Assembly (NCBI RefSeq): GCF_963921235.1
Contig: NC_086097.1
Span: 44,766,001 to 44,830,000 of the forward strand
Direction of reading: 5' to 3'
DNA: 64,000 nucleotides
Source of the DNA: Mobula hypostoma
Taxonomy: Eukaryota
Made by a program: the position numbers and the translations under genes. This document shows positions 1 through 13,752 of this stretch, piece by piece. The notes below the pieces were generated by a model. The model ran no database searches, had not been told where the DNA came from, and saw only the letters and a program-made list of their open reading frames with translations. Position 1 is the first letter of the stretch. The number at the start of each line of letters is the position of its first letter.

Positions 1-236
1 GTTATTTCTTTAAATAATCCCAAACATTTGTCAGGAAAGATGTTCCCCTCAGGAAATGGTTACTGCAGCCTATTTTATCATGTGTCTTCAGGTACCCTGA
101 GACCTCATCCTTAACACATGACTCGACATCTCCCCAATCACTGTCAGACTAATTGGCCTATAGTTTCCCTTGTTTTGCCTCTCTCCTTTCATGAAGAATG
201 GAGTGACATCCACAGTTTTCCAGTCTTCTGGAACCA
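1..236 (-). mobile_element. Degenerate CR1 LINE RT fragment
   Basis: Resembles the 'PEDW..VTP.F.K..NYRPISLT' region of the other CR1 copies. Confidence 0.7.
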
Positions 237-914
237 TTACCTACCATTTTGAGATTCTATTCCCAGCTGCAACTGCCATAAACATTGGGATTTCCACCTA
301 AACCATTGTACAGCCCTCTTCTCTTTTAAAACAAATTTTGAACCACACACCTGGCTATGTCTGATATCTTTACATGTAACTTCGAGATTGATAACACCTC
401 TGTTAAGTGTCTTGGACATTTCACATTGTCAGCCTGTGCTACGTAAATAGAAGTTATCAGAAGTCTGGGGGCATAGTACACAGTACGATGGAGTTTATGA
501 TACAGACCTTTCAATTACTACTGGAGGTGGTGTACTGAGATTCTCAATAGTCAATTGCGATTTTGAATGGTAGAGTTGATTCACTCATCAAATTTCAGAA
601 AGTAGTGTTAATCCTAATCTTGTTCATTGCAGCTCTGTTGAGCAGTCGATGGCTTGGTTGTTTAACTGACAACATTGTGCAAAAAAAGTACTTCTAAAAT
701 AGCATTGGTAATAACTGTGAAATACACAGACCAAATTTCTAAAACAGAAGAGACAATGTTAGGCTCTTAAGGGACTGTGAAATGAAGGGAGAAGTAAATT
801 GGAACAATAACATAATACATGATGCATTTATGTTGTGTTTTTTAACATAAAAACCCTCAGCTCTTAAATGGAACCGAATGGAATAGAATTAATATTAAGG
901 CAAATGACCAAGAG

Positions 915-1055
915 ATGATCAAAAACCATGTGGAAGAATTCTGCAGATGCTTGAAATCTTGAGCAGCACACCCAAAGTTTTGGAGAAACTCTGCAGGTTG
1001 GACAGCATGAATGGAGGGAGAGGAATAGTCAGCACTTTGGGCCGAGACTCATTAG
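915..1055. mobile_element. Short degenerate Penelope-type terminal repeat fragment
   Basis: ctgcagatgct...agcacac...gggccgagac matches the termini at 25731-25830 and 27555-27690. Confidence 0.55.
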
Positions 1056-1321
1056 CTCTAACCTTGTTTCTTGCCTCGTTGAACAATGATATAAAAATGG
1101 AGGGTTGATGCTTCATTGGTGATATGTTGGAGAGGCTGCTGCACGAGGAAGTAACAAAGCGGTGATTACTGTATGTGTGAGGTACAAGAAATTGGGCTTT
1201 TCTAGATAGAATAGTGAGGCTGGTGGACAATGCATATAGCAAATATGGTGTTGAGCTTGAGAAGTATAGGAGCTACTTGCTCTCTACAAAATAGAAGATT
1301 CTATTCTCTACAGAATATAAC

Positions 1322-4300
1322 TATGTAACCATATAACAATTACAGCACGGAAACAGGCCATCTCGGCCCTTCTAGTCCGTGTCGAACTCTTATTCTCATC
1401 TAGTCCCACCGACCTGCACTCAGCCCATAACCCTTCATTCCTTTCCTGTCCACATAGCTGTCCAATTTAACCTCAAACGACAACATCAAACCTGCCTCAA
1501 CCACTTCTGCTGGAAGCTCGTTCCACACAGCTACCACTCTCTGAGTAAAGAAGTTCCCCCTCATGTTACCCCTAAACTTTTGCCCTTTAACTCTCAACTC
1601 ATGTCCTCTTGTTTGAATCTTCCCCACTCTCAACAGAAAAACCATGTCAACTCTATCTATCCCCCTCATAATTTTAAACACCTCTATCAAGTCCCCCCTC
1701 AACCTTCTACGTTCCAAAGAATAAAGACCCAACTTGTTCAACCTTTCTTTGTAACTTAGGTGATGAAACCCAGGTAACATTCTAGTAAATCTTCTCTGTA
1801 CTCCCTCTATTTTGTTGACATCTTTCCTATAGTTCGGTGACCAAAACTGTACACAATACTCCAAATTTGGCCTCACCAATGCCTTGTACAATTTCAACAT
1901 TACATCCCAACTCCTATACTCAATGTTCTGATTTATAAAGGCTAGCATACCAAAAGCCTTCTTCACTACTCGATCCACATGAGATTCCACCTTCAGGGAA
2001 CTATGCACCATTATTCCTAGATCCCTCTGTTCTACTGCATTCTTCAATGCCCTACCATTTACCATGTATGTCCTATTTTGATTAGTCCTACCACAATGTA
2101 GCACCTCACATTTATCAGCATTAAACTCCATCTGCCATCTTTCAGCCCACACTTCTAACTGGCCTAAATCTCTCTGCAAGCTTTGAAAACCGACTTCATT
2201 ATCCACAACTCCACCTATCTTAATATCATCTGCATACTTACTCATCCAATTTACCATCCCATCATCCAGATCATTAATGTATGTGACAAATAACATTGGA
2301 CCCAGTACAGATCCATGAGGCACACCACTAGTCGCCGGCCTCCAATCTGACACACAGTTATCCACCACCACTCTCTGGCGTCTCCCATCCAGTCACTGCT
2401 GAATCCATTTCACTACTTCAATATTAATTCCCAACGATTGAACCTTCCTAACCAACCTTCCGTGTGGGACCTTGTCAAAGACCTTACTGAAGTCCATATA
2501 GACAACATCCACCGCTTTACCCTCATCAACTTTCCAAGTAACCTCTTCAAAAAATTCAGTAAGATTTGTCAAACATGACCTTCCACGCACAAATCCATGT
2601 TGACTGTTCCTAATCAGACCCTGTCTATCCAGATAATTATATATACCATCTTTAAGAATACTTTCCATCAGTTTACCCACCACTGACGTCAAACTCACAG
2701 GCCGATAATTGCTAGGTTTACTCTTAGAACCCTTTTTAAACAATGGAACAACATGAGCAATACACCAATCTTCCAGCACCATCCCCGTTTCTAATGACAT
2801 TTGAAATATTTCTGTCAGAGCCCCTGCTATTTCTACACTAACTTCCCTCAAGGTCCCAGGGAATATCCTGTCAGGACCCGGAGACTTATCCACTTTTATA
2901 TTCCTTAAAAGCTCCAGTACTTACTCTTCTTTAATCATCATAGTTTCCATAACTTCCCTACCTGTTTCCCTTACCTTACACAATTCAATATCCTTCTCCT
3001 TAGTGAATACCGAAGAAAAGAAATTGTTCAGAATCTCCCCCATCTCTTTTGGCTCCACACATAGCTGTCCACTCTGATTCTTTAAGGGACCAATTTTATC
3101 CCTCACTATGCTTTTATGCTATTAATATTACGGTAGAAACCCTTGGGATTTATTTTCACCTTACTTGCCAAAGCGAACTCATATCTTCTTTTAGCTTTTC
3201 TAATTTCTTTCTTAAGATTATTTTTACATTCTTTATATCCTATATTTATTGTAGATATCTCTCTTTTTTCAAACCAAGTTTCCAATGTCCCTTATAAACC
3301 ATGGCTCTCTCAAACTTTTAACCTTTCCTTTCAACCTAACAGGAACATAAAGATCCTGTACCCTCAGAATTTCACCTTTAAATGACCTCCATTTCTCAAT
3401 TACATTCTTCCTATAAAACAAATTGTCCCAATCTACTCCTTCTAAATTCTTTTGCATCTCCTCAAAGTTAGCCTTTCTCCAATCAAAAATCTCAACCCTG
3501 GGTCCAGACATATCCTTCTCCATAATTATATTGAAACTAATAGCATTGTGATCACTGGACTCGAAGTGCTCCCCAACACAAACCTCCATCACCTGACCTA
3601 TCTCATTCCCTACAAGGAGATCTAACACTGCCCCTTCTCCAGTTGGTACCTCTATGAATTGCAGCAAAAAACTATCCTGCACACATTTTATAAACTCCAA
3701 ACCATCCAGCCCTTTTACAGAATGGGCTTCCCAGTCTATGTGTGGAAAATTAAAATCTCCCACAATCACAACCTTGTGCTTACTACAAATATCTGCTATC
3801 TCCTTACAAATTTGCTCCTCCAGTTCTCGGTCCCTATTAGGTGGTCTATAATACACCCCTATAAGCATCACAACACCTTCCCTATTCCTCAATTTCACCC
3901 AAATAGCCTCCCTAGACGAGCCTTCTAATCTATCCTGCAAGAGCACCGCTGTAATATTTTCTGACAAGCAATGCAACACCTCCCCCTCTTGTCCCTCCGA
4001 TTCTATCACACCTGAAGCAATTAAATCCAGGAATATTTAGTTGCCAATCACACCCCTCCTGTAACCATGTTTCACAAATAGCTACCACATCATACTTCCA
4101 GGTATCAATCCATGCTTTATGCTCATCCACCTTTCTTATAATGCTCCTAGCATTAAAATAAATGCATTTAAGAAATTTTCCACCTCTTTCTCTCTGTTTA
4201 TCACTAACAGTGCAAACAACTTTACTAACTCCTTTTTCTTCCTTCTCCCCTACATCTGTTCCTACACTCAGTTCCCCTCCCCCCTTGTATCTAGTTTAAA

Positions 4301-5160
4301 TCCACCGGAGCCTCTCTAGCAAACCTACCTGCAAGAATATTTGTCCCCCTCCAGTTCAGATGTAAATCGTCCCACCGGAACAGGTCCCACCTTCCCTGGA
4401 AAACTGCCCAATTATCTATAAATCTGAAGCCCTCCCTCCTGCACCATGTCTTCAGCCACATGTTGATCTGCGCTATCTTACTATTTCTAAACCCGCCTGC
4501 ACATGGCACTGGTAGCAATCCTGAGATTGCTATCCTGGAGGTCCTGTCCTTTAACCTGGTGCCTAACTCCCTAAACTCACCTTTCAGGACCTCCTCACTC
4601 TTCCTACCCACGTTATTGGTCCCTACATAGACCACGACATCCGGCTGCTCACCCTCCCTGTTGAGAATACCGAGAACTCAATCCGAGATATCGCGGACCT
4701 TGGCACCAGGGAGGCAACAGACCATCCGGGATTCTCGATCTCTTCCACAGAAACTCTTAACTGTTCCCCTAACTATTGAATCCCCTATCACTACTGCTCT
4801 CTTCTTTTCCCTCCTTCCCTTCTGAGCTGAGGGTCCAGTCTCGGTGCCAGAGACGCAACCACTGCAACTTGCCCCTGGTAGGTTGTCCCCATCAACAGTA
4901 TCCAGAATGATATACTTATTATTGGTGGGAATGGCCACAGGGGTGCTCTGCTCATTCTGTCTATTCCCCTTCCCTCTCCTGACAGTCGCCCAGCTACCTG
5001 CCTCCTGACTCTTAGGGGTGACTATCTCCCTGTAACTCCTGTTTATTTCTGCCTCTGCCTCCCGAATGATCCAAAGTTCATCCAGCTCCAGCTCCAGTTC
5101 CCTAACTCGGTTTGTCAGGAGCTGCAGCTGGATGCACCTTTCACAGGTGTAGTCATCAGG
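1322..5160 (-). mobile_element. Near full-length, lightly disrupted CR1-clade LINE (esterase-type ORF1 + APE endonuclease/RT ORF2)
   Basis: ORF1 pieces VVIGDSIVRG, VYVGTNNVG, DDLHLN (4291-4938); endonuclease YYRPP, GDFNFP, SDHN (3269-4130); RT KSPGPD, QHGF, SGVP.GS, YADD (1400-2893); CR1 3' UTR. Confidence 0.95.
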
Positions 5161-6289
5161 AATAGTAAGAGTGAATTACATGATTAAAAATCCTGGTGAA
5201 TTTCACAGAGATGAACAGAACCAGAGACAAAGAGAGGAAAGTATTGCCAGCATAACTGACTCTCAAAGATAAGCAAAAATCTAGATATTGCAAAGGAGGA
5301 CTTAAAACACAGTAAACACAGAATATAGAACAGTACAGCACAGGAATAGGCCCTTCAGCTTACAATGCTGTGCTGAACTAATTAAAATAGTAATTGTAAA
5401 CTACATTGAAAGTATTACACAGTTCTTCACTGATTATTGAAGTACTCAAAATACTTAAAGTACTCAGCCAAGTTTTTTGTTTAATTGATTGGGCTGCTTT
5501 TTGTCTAACAGCAGTCATTAAAACTTGTAGAATGTTTTCTGATTCAGGTAAGTGGCTTCTTTCCTCCCTGCACAGTCCAGCAATACAAGGGCTGCCTCGT
5601 AAGAAGCATAGTGCTGGGGATTTAGTCTTTGTTGCTCACCATGATAGTCAGCCCACACAATCTCATTGATAAAAGGCAACGTATTCAGACCATGGCAATC
5701 AATATTGTCCTCATACCGACATTCCATCTCCATCCATTTGCTGCATAACTTGTGCTAAACCTGCTGCTGAAATTCTTTTTCATCCACTTACCTCTGGATG
5801 TATTTTGCTCCATAATCTGATCACTATTGAGTGGTAGTGCTACAAGCTGAACCTTTTATTAAAACAGGAGAAAGGGAAATATATAATTTTTAAAAATTGT
5901 CCAATTGCATTTCCTACATTAAGGAATTTTTAGTGAGAATAAAAACAGATGATCCTACACTCACGTAACTAAGATGTCATCTTCTTTATGTGGTTGGATT
6001 AAATATCGCAATGGCTATTTGCATGGCACTTTTAGTACAGCAAGAATGCACCGTGATGTTTTAGACGAGCGTTATCACGGAGACATTGTCACTTCCTCAC
6101 GTTAGGTGAGGATGATTAAAATTTATTCAAAGATACAAGTTGTACGCGTCTTTTACAGAGGAAAGGAAGATTGAGAAAAGGACGGAGTTAAGAAGGAATT
6201 TCAGAGCTAAGCATCTGGGCAACTGAAAGTATATCCACTGATAATGGAAGGAGTATGTTCAGGGATTACCAGGTTTCTTTGAATGACAG

Positions 6290-6986
6290 AGATAAGGAGG
6301 AGGAGGAGAAGATGGTGGCACGACGGCAGCGCCCGCGGCCACTTCGGTGGTGATGTCTGTTATCTGTCAAATCGGGGACCGTGCACAATTCTGATTTGAT
6401 GGAGACGGACATGAGAGTACGGAGGAACATCTGGAAAACTCCTGAAATGCCCGCTTCTCTGCCACTGCTACTGTGTGGTAACCGGAATCTCCGGAGCAGA
6501 AGGCCCCGAAATCCTCGGCTTTGCATGTTTCAACAACCAGGGCAAGGTCGAAGGCGCTCGGCAGAGGATGACGCTCAGGAGGCTGTATCGGAGGGGCTGG
6601 TCGGAAGCTCGAAGTTTTCGGACAGATGGACTCAGTGTCGTCTGTGGTCGGCTGCTTCCAAGGCATCGGCAAGTTGACGCTGCCTGGAGGTTTATGGCAG
6701 TGAGTTTCTCCCTTTTGCTGCCTGCTATTGGGGACTCGGGAGTCGATCAACTCGAGGACTTTTGAGACTTTATTTACCGTGCCCATGGTTTGTTCTTCAT
6801 CAAATTACGGTATTGCTTTGTACTGCTGTAACTATATGTTATAATTATGTGGTTCTGTCAGTGTTGGTCTTTGGTTTGTCCTGTTTTTTGTGATATCACT
6901 CTGGAGAAACATTGTATCATTTCTTAATGCATGTATGCATTTCTAAATGACAATAAAAGAGGACTGAGTGTTCTCATAATCTAATC
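6290..6986 (+). mobile_element. GC-rich non-autonomous retroposon/SINE-like repeat
   Basis: Abrupt GC-rich block starting near AAGATGGTGGC and ending AATAAA...(CTAAT)n; overlapping ORFs are not recognisable proteins. Confidence 0.5.
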
Positions 6987-7823
6987 AAAATCTGGGAAAG
7001 ATTTAAACTGAGCCTGTATTTAACTGGAACCCAGTGTAAATCAGCATGAAAAATGGAAAATGGAACTCATGCAAAACAGAAAATAGGACACAGGTTGCAG
7101 AGTTTTGTTGTAAAATTGTTGGGGAATGGAACAAGGGACAGCAGCCAAGAATGATTAACTCTAGAAGTAACAAAGACAGGAATGAAAATTTCAGCATCAA
7201 GCAACTGAAGTAAGGGTGGAAAATGGGAGCTAACTAAGGCTGTAAGTAGTGGTACTGGTACAGCAAGGGTTTGTCTTCCAAAGAACATCTGATTTTAGCT
7301 CTAGCTTCAGTTAGAGACAATTGCCAGGGAGAGGAATAGAACTGTTGATAAGGGGATGGAGCTTCAGAGACAGATCAAAGGCAGTTGTTTCCCCAAAACC
7401 AATGGGCAAAAGTTCTACACACTTTGTACTGAATTATGGACAGGAGAAGTATTGAAGAGCTAAGTTTGGGCATCCTCAGTGTGCACATGGAGAGTAAATC
7501 TATGTTTCCAAAGATGTTCTTGACAGCAGCACAAAATTGGAAATCAGTGATAGTTCATTGCAGGGGCACAAAGGCGACTCAGTAAGTAACAATGGGAAAG
7601 GAGAAGGGGCACGTCCCTCCAGCAGGACGCCGGTGGAGTTTTGGAGGGGAATAGAGTAGTAAGGCACTGCTAAAACTCTTACTAAGAAAAATGCACAACA
7701 GTGGACAAACTTCATCATAAGCTTAAAGGAGTCTAATTTTTTAAAAGTATGTTTGGAATTCCCTCATTTTATGATCTTATGAGTTTATTTGCCACCCATA
7801 GATCTTTCACCAGTTGAAATATA

Positions 7824-7840
7824 TTGCGCCATCTGGTGTG
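7824..7840 (-). promoter_or_regulatory. CTCF-like motif
   Basis: Minus strand CACCAGATGGCGCA, close to the CTCF core CCACCAG(G/A)(G/T)GGCGC, in non-repetitive DNA. Confidence 0.45.
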
Positions 7841-8497
7841 TGCTATTTAAAGCGCGGTTACATTTCTTTTCTCCAGTTCTGTAATGTTAATAACACATTA
7901 TCTGAAATAAATAATGCTTTATATAAACCATGGCAACATCAGCCAGTGCAAAGTTCTTCTACCCATTTCAGGTTAAAAGATATCAGGACATTAGAAATAA
8001 GAGCTGGTATACACGATTTGATCCCTTGAGCCCATCCTGCCAATTTAACAAGATCATGGATGATCGTCTCTGTACATCAAAACAATTTTTCTACACTATC
8101 CCCATGTAGCTCGATTCCTCTAATGGCCAGAAATAAATTGATTTCAGGTTTCAATACAATCATGGATTGAGTTTTTAAGAATTCTAGGTAGGGAATTCCA
8201 AGGATTCACCACATGATGAATAAAGATTTTTTTCTGACGTGTTGCTGCTGCAAAATAACAAATATCATGATATATGTCAGTGATAATAAACCTGATTCTA
8301 ATTCCGATTTTCATCTAAGTCCTCAGAGGCTTGCACGTGACCCTTAATTCTAAACTTCTAAACAAAGGGAAAACATCCTCACTATAAAAGTTCCACTGAA
8401 TCATCTAATTTTGTCTGTTCAAATGAAGTCACCTCATTCGTCTAAAATTTAGAAAATAGAGAGCTAGTTTACTCAACCTCCTCTCATATGAGAGATC

Positions 8498-9290
8498 TGT
8501 AATGTACAGATCTTCTTTTAGAGCAATGACCCCTCCCCCCCCCAGCACTACATATTGGTCTGTTGTCTGTGCGTGGTGCTGTTGTCTACGCATGCACATT
8601 GTTCTCTCTCTCTCTCTCTCTCTCGTTGCAATGTGAATTCACTAATTAAAGCCACCTCCCGCGTGCCTGCTTTTATTTAATTGATATGTAGTTGTGCACA
8701 GACATAACAAATTAGCAACGAGTACAAAACTGAATTCCAGAGAATATCACCAACTACACCAACGGTTACAGCACAATGATGGGACGAAACAGTGAGAGTT
8801 AAACTATAGGCCATCTGAGACGTTAACAGAAGTGTGAGAACAGAGCATAGTAATAGTGAAAGACATCCTAAATTTAAAGTGAAGCGATGGCTTCAGTCAG
8901 GAAAGTTGACGAATTTAATAGCGTTAATGAAGGCTGGGAGTTGTTTATCAAGAGGATTGAACTGTATTGTTAATGTGAACAATGTGGTGGAGCAAAAGAA
9001 AGCCCTTACTCTTCTTATTTTAATGAACCCAAGAATATACAGTCTCTTACGCAATCTAGTAACCCCTGAAAAGCCAGCAAGATGTTCCATGAAATTGTTA
9101 CAATTTTACAATATCAATTGAGCCCTAAACAACCGGCAATAGCTGAGAGATTTAGATTTACAAAAGGAGCCAGTCAAAAGGTGAACACCTTTCTGAATAC
9201 ATTGCATAACTGCACCAGTACTGTGACTTTAGAGATGGACCTTCTGATGCATTAAGGGACAGGCTTATATGTGACATGCATAGCGTAGCT
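8498..9290 (+). mobile_element. Gypsy LTR retrotransposon 5' fragment (LTR ~8498-8709, degenerate PBS, gag)
   Basis: TG...CA-bounded LTR, attagcaacgag (cf. tggcgacgag PBS), gag-like IYSLLRNLVTPEKP. Confidence 0.75.
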
Positions 9291-9756
9291 GTGTCTCCAA
9301 AGAAGATGGCAGAGTTTGTCATTGAAATGTCAGTTATAATAGATACCTGTACCTGGCTGGAAGCCTGAGAAGAGTTTATTCAGCACACAGTATGTTTCAA
9401 ATGTTGTGCTTCAACAACAAATTGAGAAAAAGACTGTGAAGCTTTCATACACTGAACTGAGTACAACAGTAACCTGCATACAGTATATCAGCAGTTCATA
9501 CAGGCTCAGCGCCTTGGGCTCCTACTGGTTCCAGCACACCCAGAGCAGAGAATGGCTGGTAGCCAGCTGAGCATCTTTCACTTACAGCTACTTCCTCATG
9601 CACGTAGGTATGCAGAAAGGCTTCCAAGGCAAATCCTGCTCTAAGATATGTCTGGTCAACATCTACCCGAGAGGACAGCCTGAGGAAAACGTGATATTGG
9701 ATGATCAGAACAATGTGTCTGGCAAAATGAACATTCTTTGACACATTCAGTATTCA

Positions 9757-10515
9757 AGATGGCAGTACGATAAGATTGTGGTGCACTCGGACACAATGGA
9801 TTCTATGGAGTCAAACTTGTTATAGTCTTTTTTAAATATATTTTTTATGATCGCAAGACACTGCTGGACATTAAGAACATAAAGTACTGCAGGCCTACCC
9901 CATCAGTGAGTTGCTCGTTGGCAGAGAAAGTGAAGGAGGTGGGCTTGGTGTGAACCGTGAAGCTGCCTGTGACAGAGAGGCGTTGTTGTGTGAAGGAGGT
10001 GTACAGTCTAACAGCAACAGATCATCTCAGTCACTTTTCTTGTGATCACAAGACCCTGTTGAACATTAGTGCTGTGGAATTTTACAAGTCCAATTCATTG
10101 GTTTACTGGAAAACGGTGGGGGTAGATGGTAGGGGAGCTGTGTGGACTCAGTCTAAACCTCAAACTGCGGTGCTACCTGTTTGCTGCCACCCAGGGGAAG
10201 GCATCAGAGTCAAGCGCTCCTCCAGTGTGCCAGAGACAGTGTGGCCTGGTGTCCGTGCTGGAGCCCGTGCTGCCTGCCAATGTTCACTCAGCAGAAGGCA
10301 AGCTGGATTGAGATCAACCTTAGACTGCTGCAAAATTCATGGCTTCAGGGATTTAGATGATGTATTTTTTATGATTGCTATCTTATATGTGGTATATGTG
10401 CCCTGTGTTGTGTATGATTGCTGGTGTTGTGTCTTACACCTTGGTCCAAGAGTGACGCTGTTTCATTTGCCTGTATTCATGTATGGTTGAATGACAATTA
10501 AACTTGAACTTGAAG
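9757..10515 (+). mobile_element. Non-autonomous retroposon inserted in the BEL/Pao element
   Basis: Starts AAGATGGC, ends ATTAAA(CTTGAA)n; BEL sequence resumes after it. Confidence 0.5.
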
Positions 10516-12207
10516 ATTCTGAATCGCCGTACATAAAGACATGTTCTGAAATATAAAAAAATGCCCGAAGAAAACCAATGGATTTGTCATGGAGTCCATA
10601 GGAGGGAAGGCCTGCTTACCCTTGCCATTTCTCATTGACTGTGACCATATTCCCAATGAAATTCCAACTCCTGAAGCCGCATACTATCATTCACATCTTA
10701 AGGACATAGCCAACAAGATATCCCAACTTGACTCTTCTGCTGAGATTCTTCTGTTGCTTGGCAAAGACACCATCTGTGCACCTTAGGCACGTGAACGGTG
10801 GAATGGTTGGCACAATGTGGCTTATGCCCAATGAATGGACTTGGGCTGTGTGATAGTGGGTGAAGTCTGTCTCAATGATGCCCATCAGCTCACTGTCAGC
10901 ACACTCAAGACTAATGTCCTGGAGAGCAGGTGCCCAAGTCACTTCAGACTCCGTGAGAGTAGAATCTGTATGAAGGAGAAGATTGTAGGCGAGCAAACCA
11001 AGTACCCTGACATACTTACCTCTGCTCAATCAGATTTAAGCAAGATGGTCTTCTGACACTCAGAAGATAATTATAAACTGGCTCCTTCCATTGAAGATGA
11101 GGTCTTCCTTTGGATCATGAACAAAGAGTTCAGCAAAGACGAGTCAAACAGTTGGGTAGCTCCTCTTCCATAAGATCATAAAATATAGGAGGAGAAGTAG
11201 GCCATCTGGCCCATTGAGTCTGCTCTGCCATTCAATCATGGCCTGATCCAGTTCTTTCAGTCATCCCCACTCCCCTGCCTTCTCCCCAAACCCCTTGATG
11301 CCCTGGCTAATCAGAACCTGTCTTAAATGCACCCAATGACTTGGCCTCCACAGCCACTTGTGGCAACGAATTCCACAGATTTACCACCCTCTGACTAAAG
11401 TAATTTCTCTGCAGATCTGTTCTAAATGGACGTCCTTCAATCCTGAAGTTGTACCCTCTCGTCCTAGTCTCCTCTACCATGGGAAATAACTTCGCCATAT
11501 CTAATCTGTTCAGGCCTCATTCTCCTGAACTCCAGGGAATATAGCCCAAGAGCTGCCAGACTTTCCTCGTACAGTAACTTTTTCATTCCTGGAATCATTC
11601 TTGTGAATCTTCTCTCAACCCTCTCCAATGTCATTATATCCTTTCTAAAATAAGGAGCCCAAAACTGCACACAATACTCCAAGTGCGGTCTCACGACTGC
11701 CTTTTCGAGCCTCAACATCACATTCCTGCTCTTATATTCTGTACCTCTAGAAATGAATGCCAACGTGGCATTCACCTTCTGCACCACCAACTCAACCTGG
11801 AGGTTGACCTTTAGGATATCTTGCACGAGGACTCCCAAGTCCCTTTGCATCTCTGCATTTTGAATTCTCTCCCCATATAAATAATAGTCTGCCTGTTTAT
11901 TTCGTTCACCAAAGTGCATGACCATACACTTTCCAACATTGTATTTCATTCGCCACTACTTTGCCCATTTCCCCAAACTATCTAAGTCTCCCTGCAGGCT
12001 CTCTGTTTCCTCAACACTGCCCGCTCCTCCACCTATCTTTGTGTGATCGGCCAATGTAGCCACAAATCCATTAATACCATAGTCCAAATCATTGACATAT
12101 ATCGGTAAAGGCAGCGGTCCCAACACCGACTCCTGTGGAACGCCACTGGTAGCTGGCAGCCAGCCAGAATCGGATCCCTTTATTCCCACTTTCTGCCAAT
12201 CAACCAC

Positions 12208-12408
12208 TGAGTGGAATGGGCTGCTGGCAACGGTGGTGGAGGTGGATACGATAGGGTCTTTTAAGAGACTTTTGGATAGGTACATGGAGCTTAGAAAAAT
12301 AGAGGGCTACAGGTAAGCCTAGTAATTTCTAAGGTAGGGGCATGTTCAGCACAACTTTGTTGGCCAAAGGGCCTGTATTGTGCTGTAGGTTTTCTATGTT
12401 TCTATGTT
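12208..12408 (+). mobile_element. CR1 3' tail nested antisense in the host CR1
   Basis: WNGL..VVE..TIGSFKRLLD and (TTCTATGT)n tail. Confidence 0.8.
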
Positions 12409-13579
12409 TACCCATGCTAGTAACTTCCCTGTAGTTCCATGGGCACTCATCTTACTAAGCAGCCTCATGTGCGGCACATTGTCAAAGGCCTTCTGAAAAT
12501 CCAAGTACACCACATCTACTGCATCTCCTTTGTCTACCCTGCTCGTAATTTCCTCAAAAAATTGCAGTAGGTTAGTCAGGCTGGATTTTCCTTTCAGGAA
12601 ACCATGCTGGCTTTGGCCTATCTTGTCATGTGCCTCCAGGTACTCTGTAATTTTGTCCCTAACAATTGATTCCAACAACTTCCCAATCACTGAGGTCAGG
12701 TTTAGAGTTTATTTTCTTAAATAGCGGAGTAACATTTGCAATGTTCCAGTCATCCGGTACGATCCCAGAATCTATTGATTCTTGAAAGATCATTGTTAAT
12801 GCCTCCGCAACCTCTCCAGCTACTTCCTTCAGACCCCAAGGGTGCATTCCATCAGGTCCAGGAGATTTATCCACCTCAGACCATTAAGCTTCCTGAGCAC
12901 CTTCTCAGTTGTAATTTTCACTGCACATACTTCATTTCTCTAACACTCTTGAATGTAGATTACTGCATACTGTATACTGCAGATGTCTTCCACTGTGAAG
13001 ACTGATGCAAAATCGCATCCAGTTCCTCCGCCATTTCAGTGTCTCCAATTACAATATCTCCAGCGCCATTTTCTATTGGTCCTATATCTACCCTCAGCTT
13101 TCTTTTACCCTTTACTGTATATGCTTAAAAAAGCTTTTAGTATCTTCTTTGATATTAGTCGCCAGCTTCCTTTCATAATTCATCTTTTCCTTCCTAATGA
13201 CTGTCTTAGTTTCCTTCTGTAAGTTTTAAAAGCTACCCAATCCTCTACCTTCCCACTTGCTTTGGCTTCCTTGTATGCCCTCTCTTATGCTTTTACTTTG
13301 GCTCTGACTTCACTTGTCAGCCACGGTAATGCCCTTCTTCCATTCAAAAATTTCTTCTTATTTGGAATATATCTGTTTTGCACTTCCCTCATTTTTCACT
13401 GAAACTCCAGCCATTGCTGCTCTGCTGTCCTTCCTGCTAGTGTCCATTTTCAGGCAACTTTGGCCTGTTCCCATCTCATGCCAATGTAATTTCCTTTATT
13501 CCACTGAAATACTGACACATTAGAATTTAGTTTCTCCTTCTCAAATTTCAAAGTGAACTCGATCATATTGTGATCACTG

Positions 13580-13752
13580 GCCAGGCAGCATCTAGGAAGA
13601 GGTACAGTCGATGTTTCAGGCTGAGACGAAGGGTCTCAGCCTGAAACGTCGACTGTACCTCTTCCTAGAGATGCTGCCTGGCCTGCTGCGTTCACCAGCA
13701 ACTTTGATGTGTGTTGCTTGAATTTCCAGCATCTGCAGAATTTCTGTTGTTT
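13580..13752. mobile_element. Miniature fold-back Penelope-type insertion with 15-bp TSD
   Basis: TSD ATATTGTGATCACTG at 13565-13579 and 13753-13767; ~50-bp inverted arms around a 5-nt loop. Confidence 0.88.

Noticed and set aside
5490..5733. Plus-strand CAG|GTAAGT donor near 5547 and 71-aa minus ORF as a neighbouring gene (e.g. DEGS2, adjacent to EVL in mammals)
   Set aside because: No recognisable peptide in the frames examined and no partner exons
6266..6786. Cluster of overlapping ORFs / CpG-rich block as a promoter or gene
   Set aside because: Sharp boundaries and a repeat-like tail indicate a GC-rich retroposon; the ORFs follow from low stop density
9496..10490. 82-aa and 177-aa ORFs as host genes
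   Set aside because: The first is antisense to a BEL/Pao protease remnant; the second lies in a retroposon-like insert
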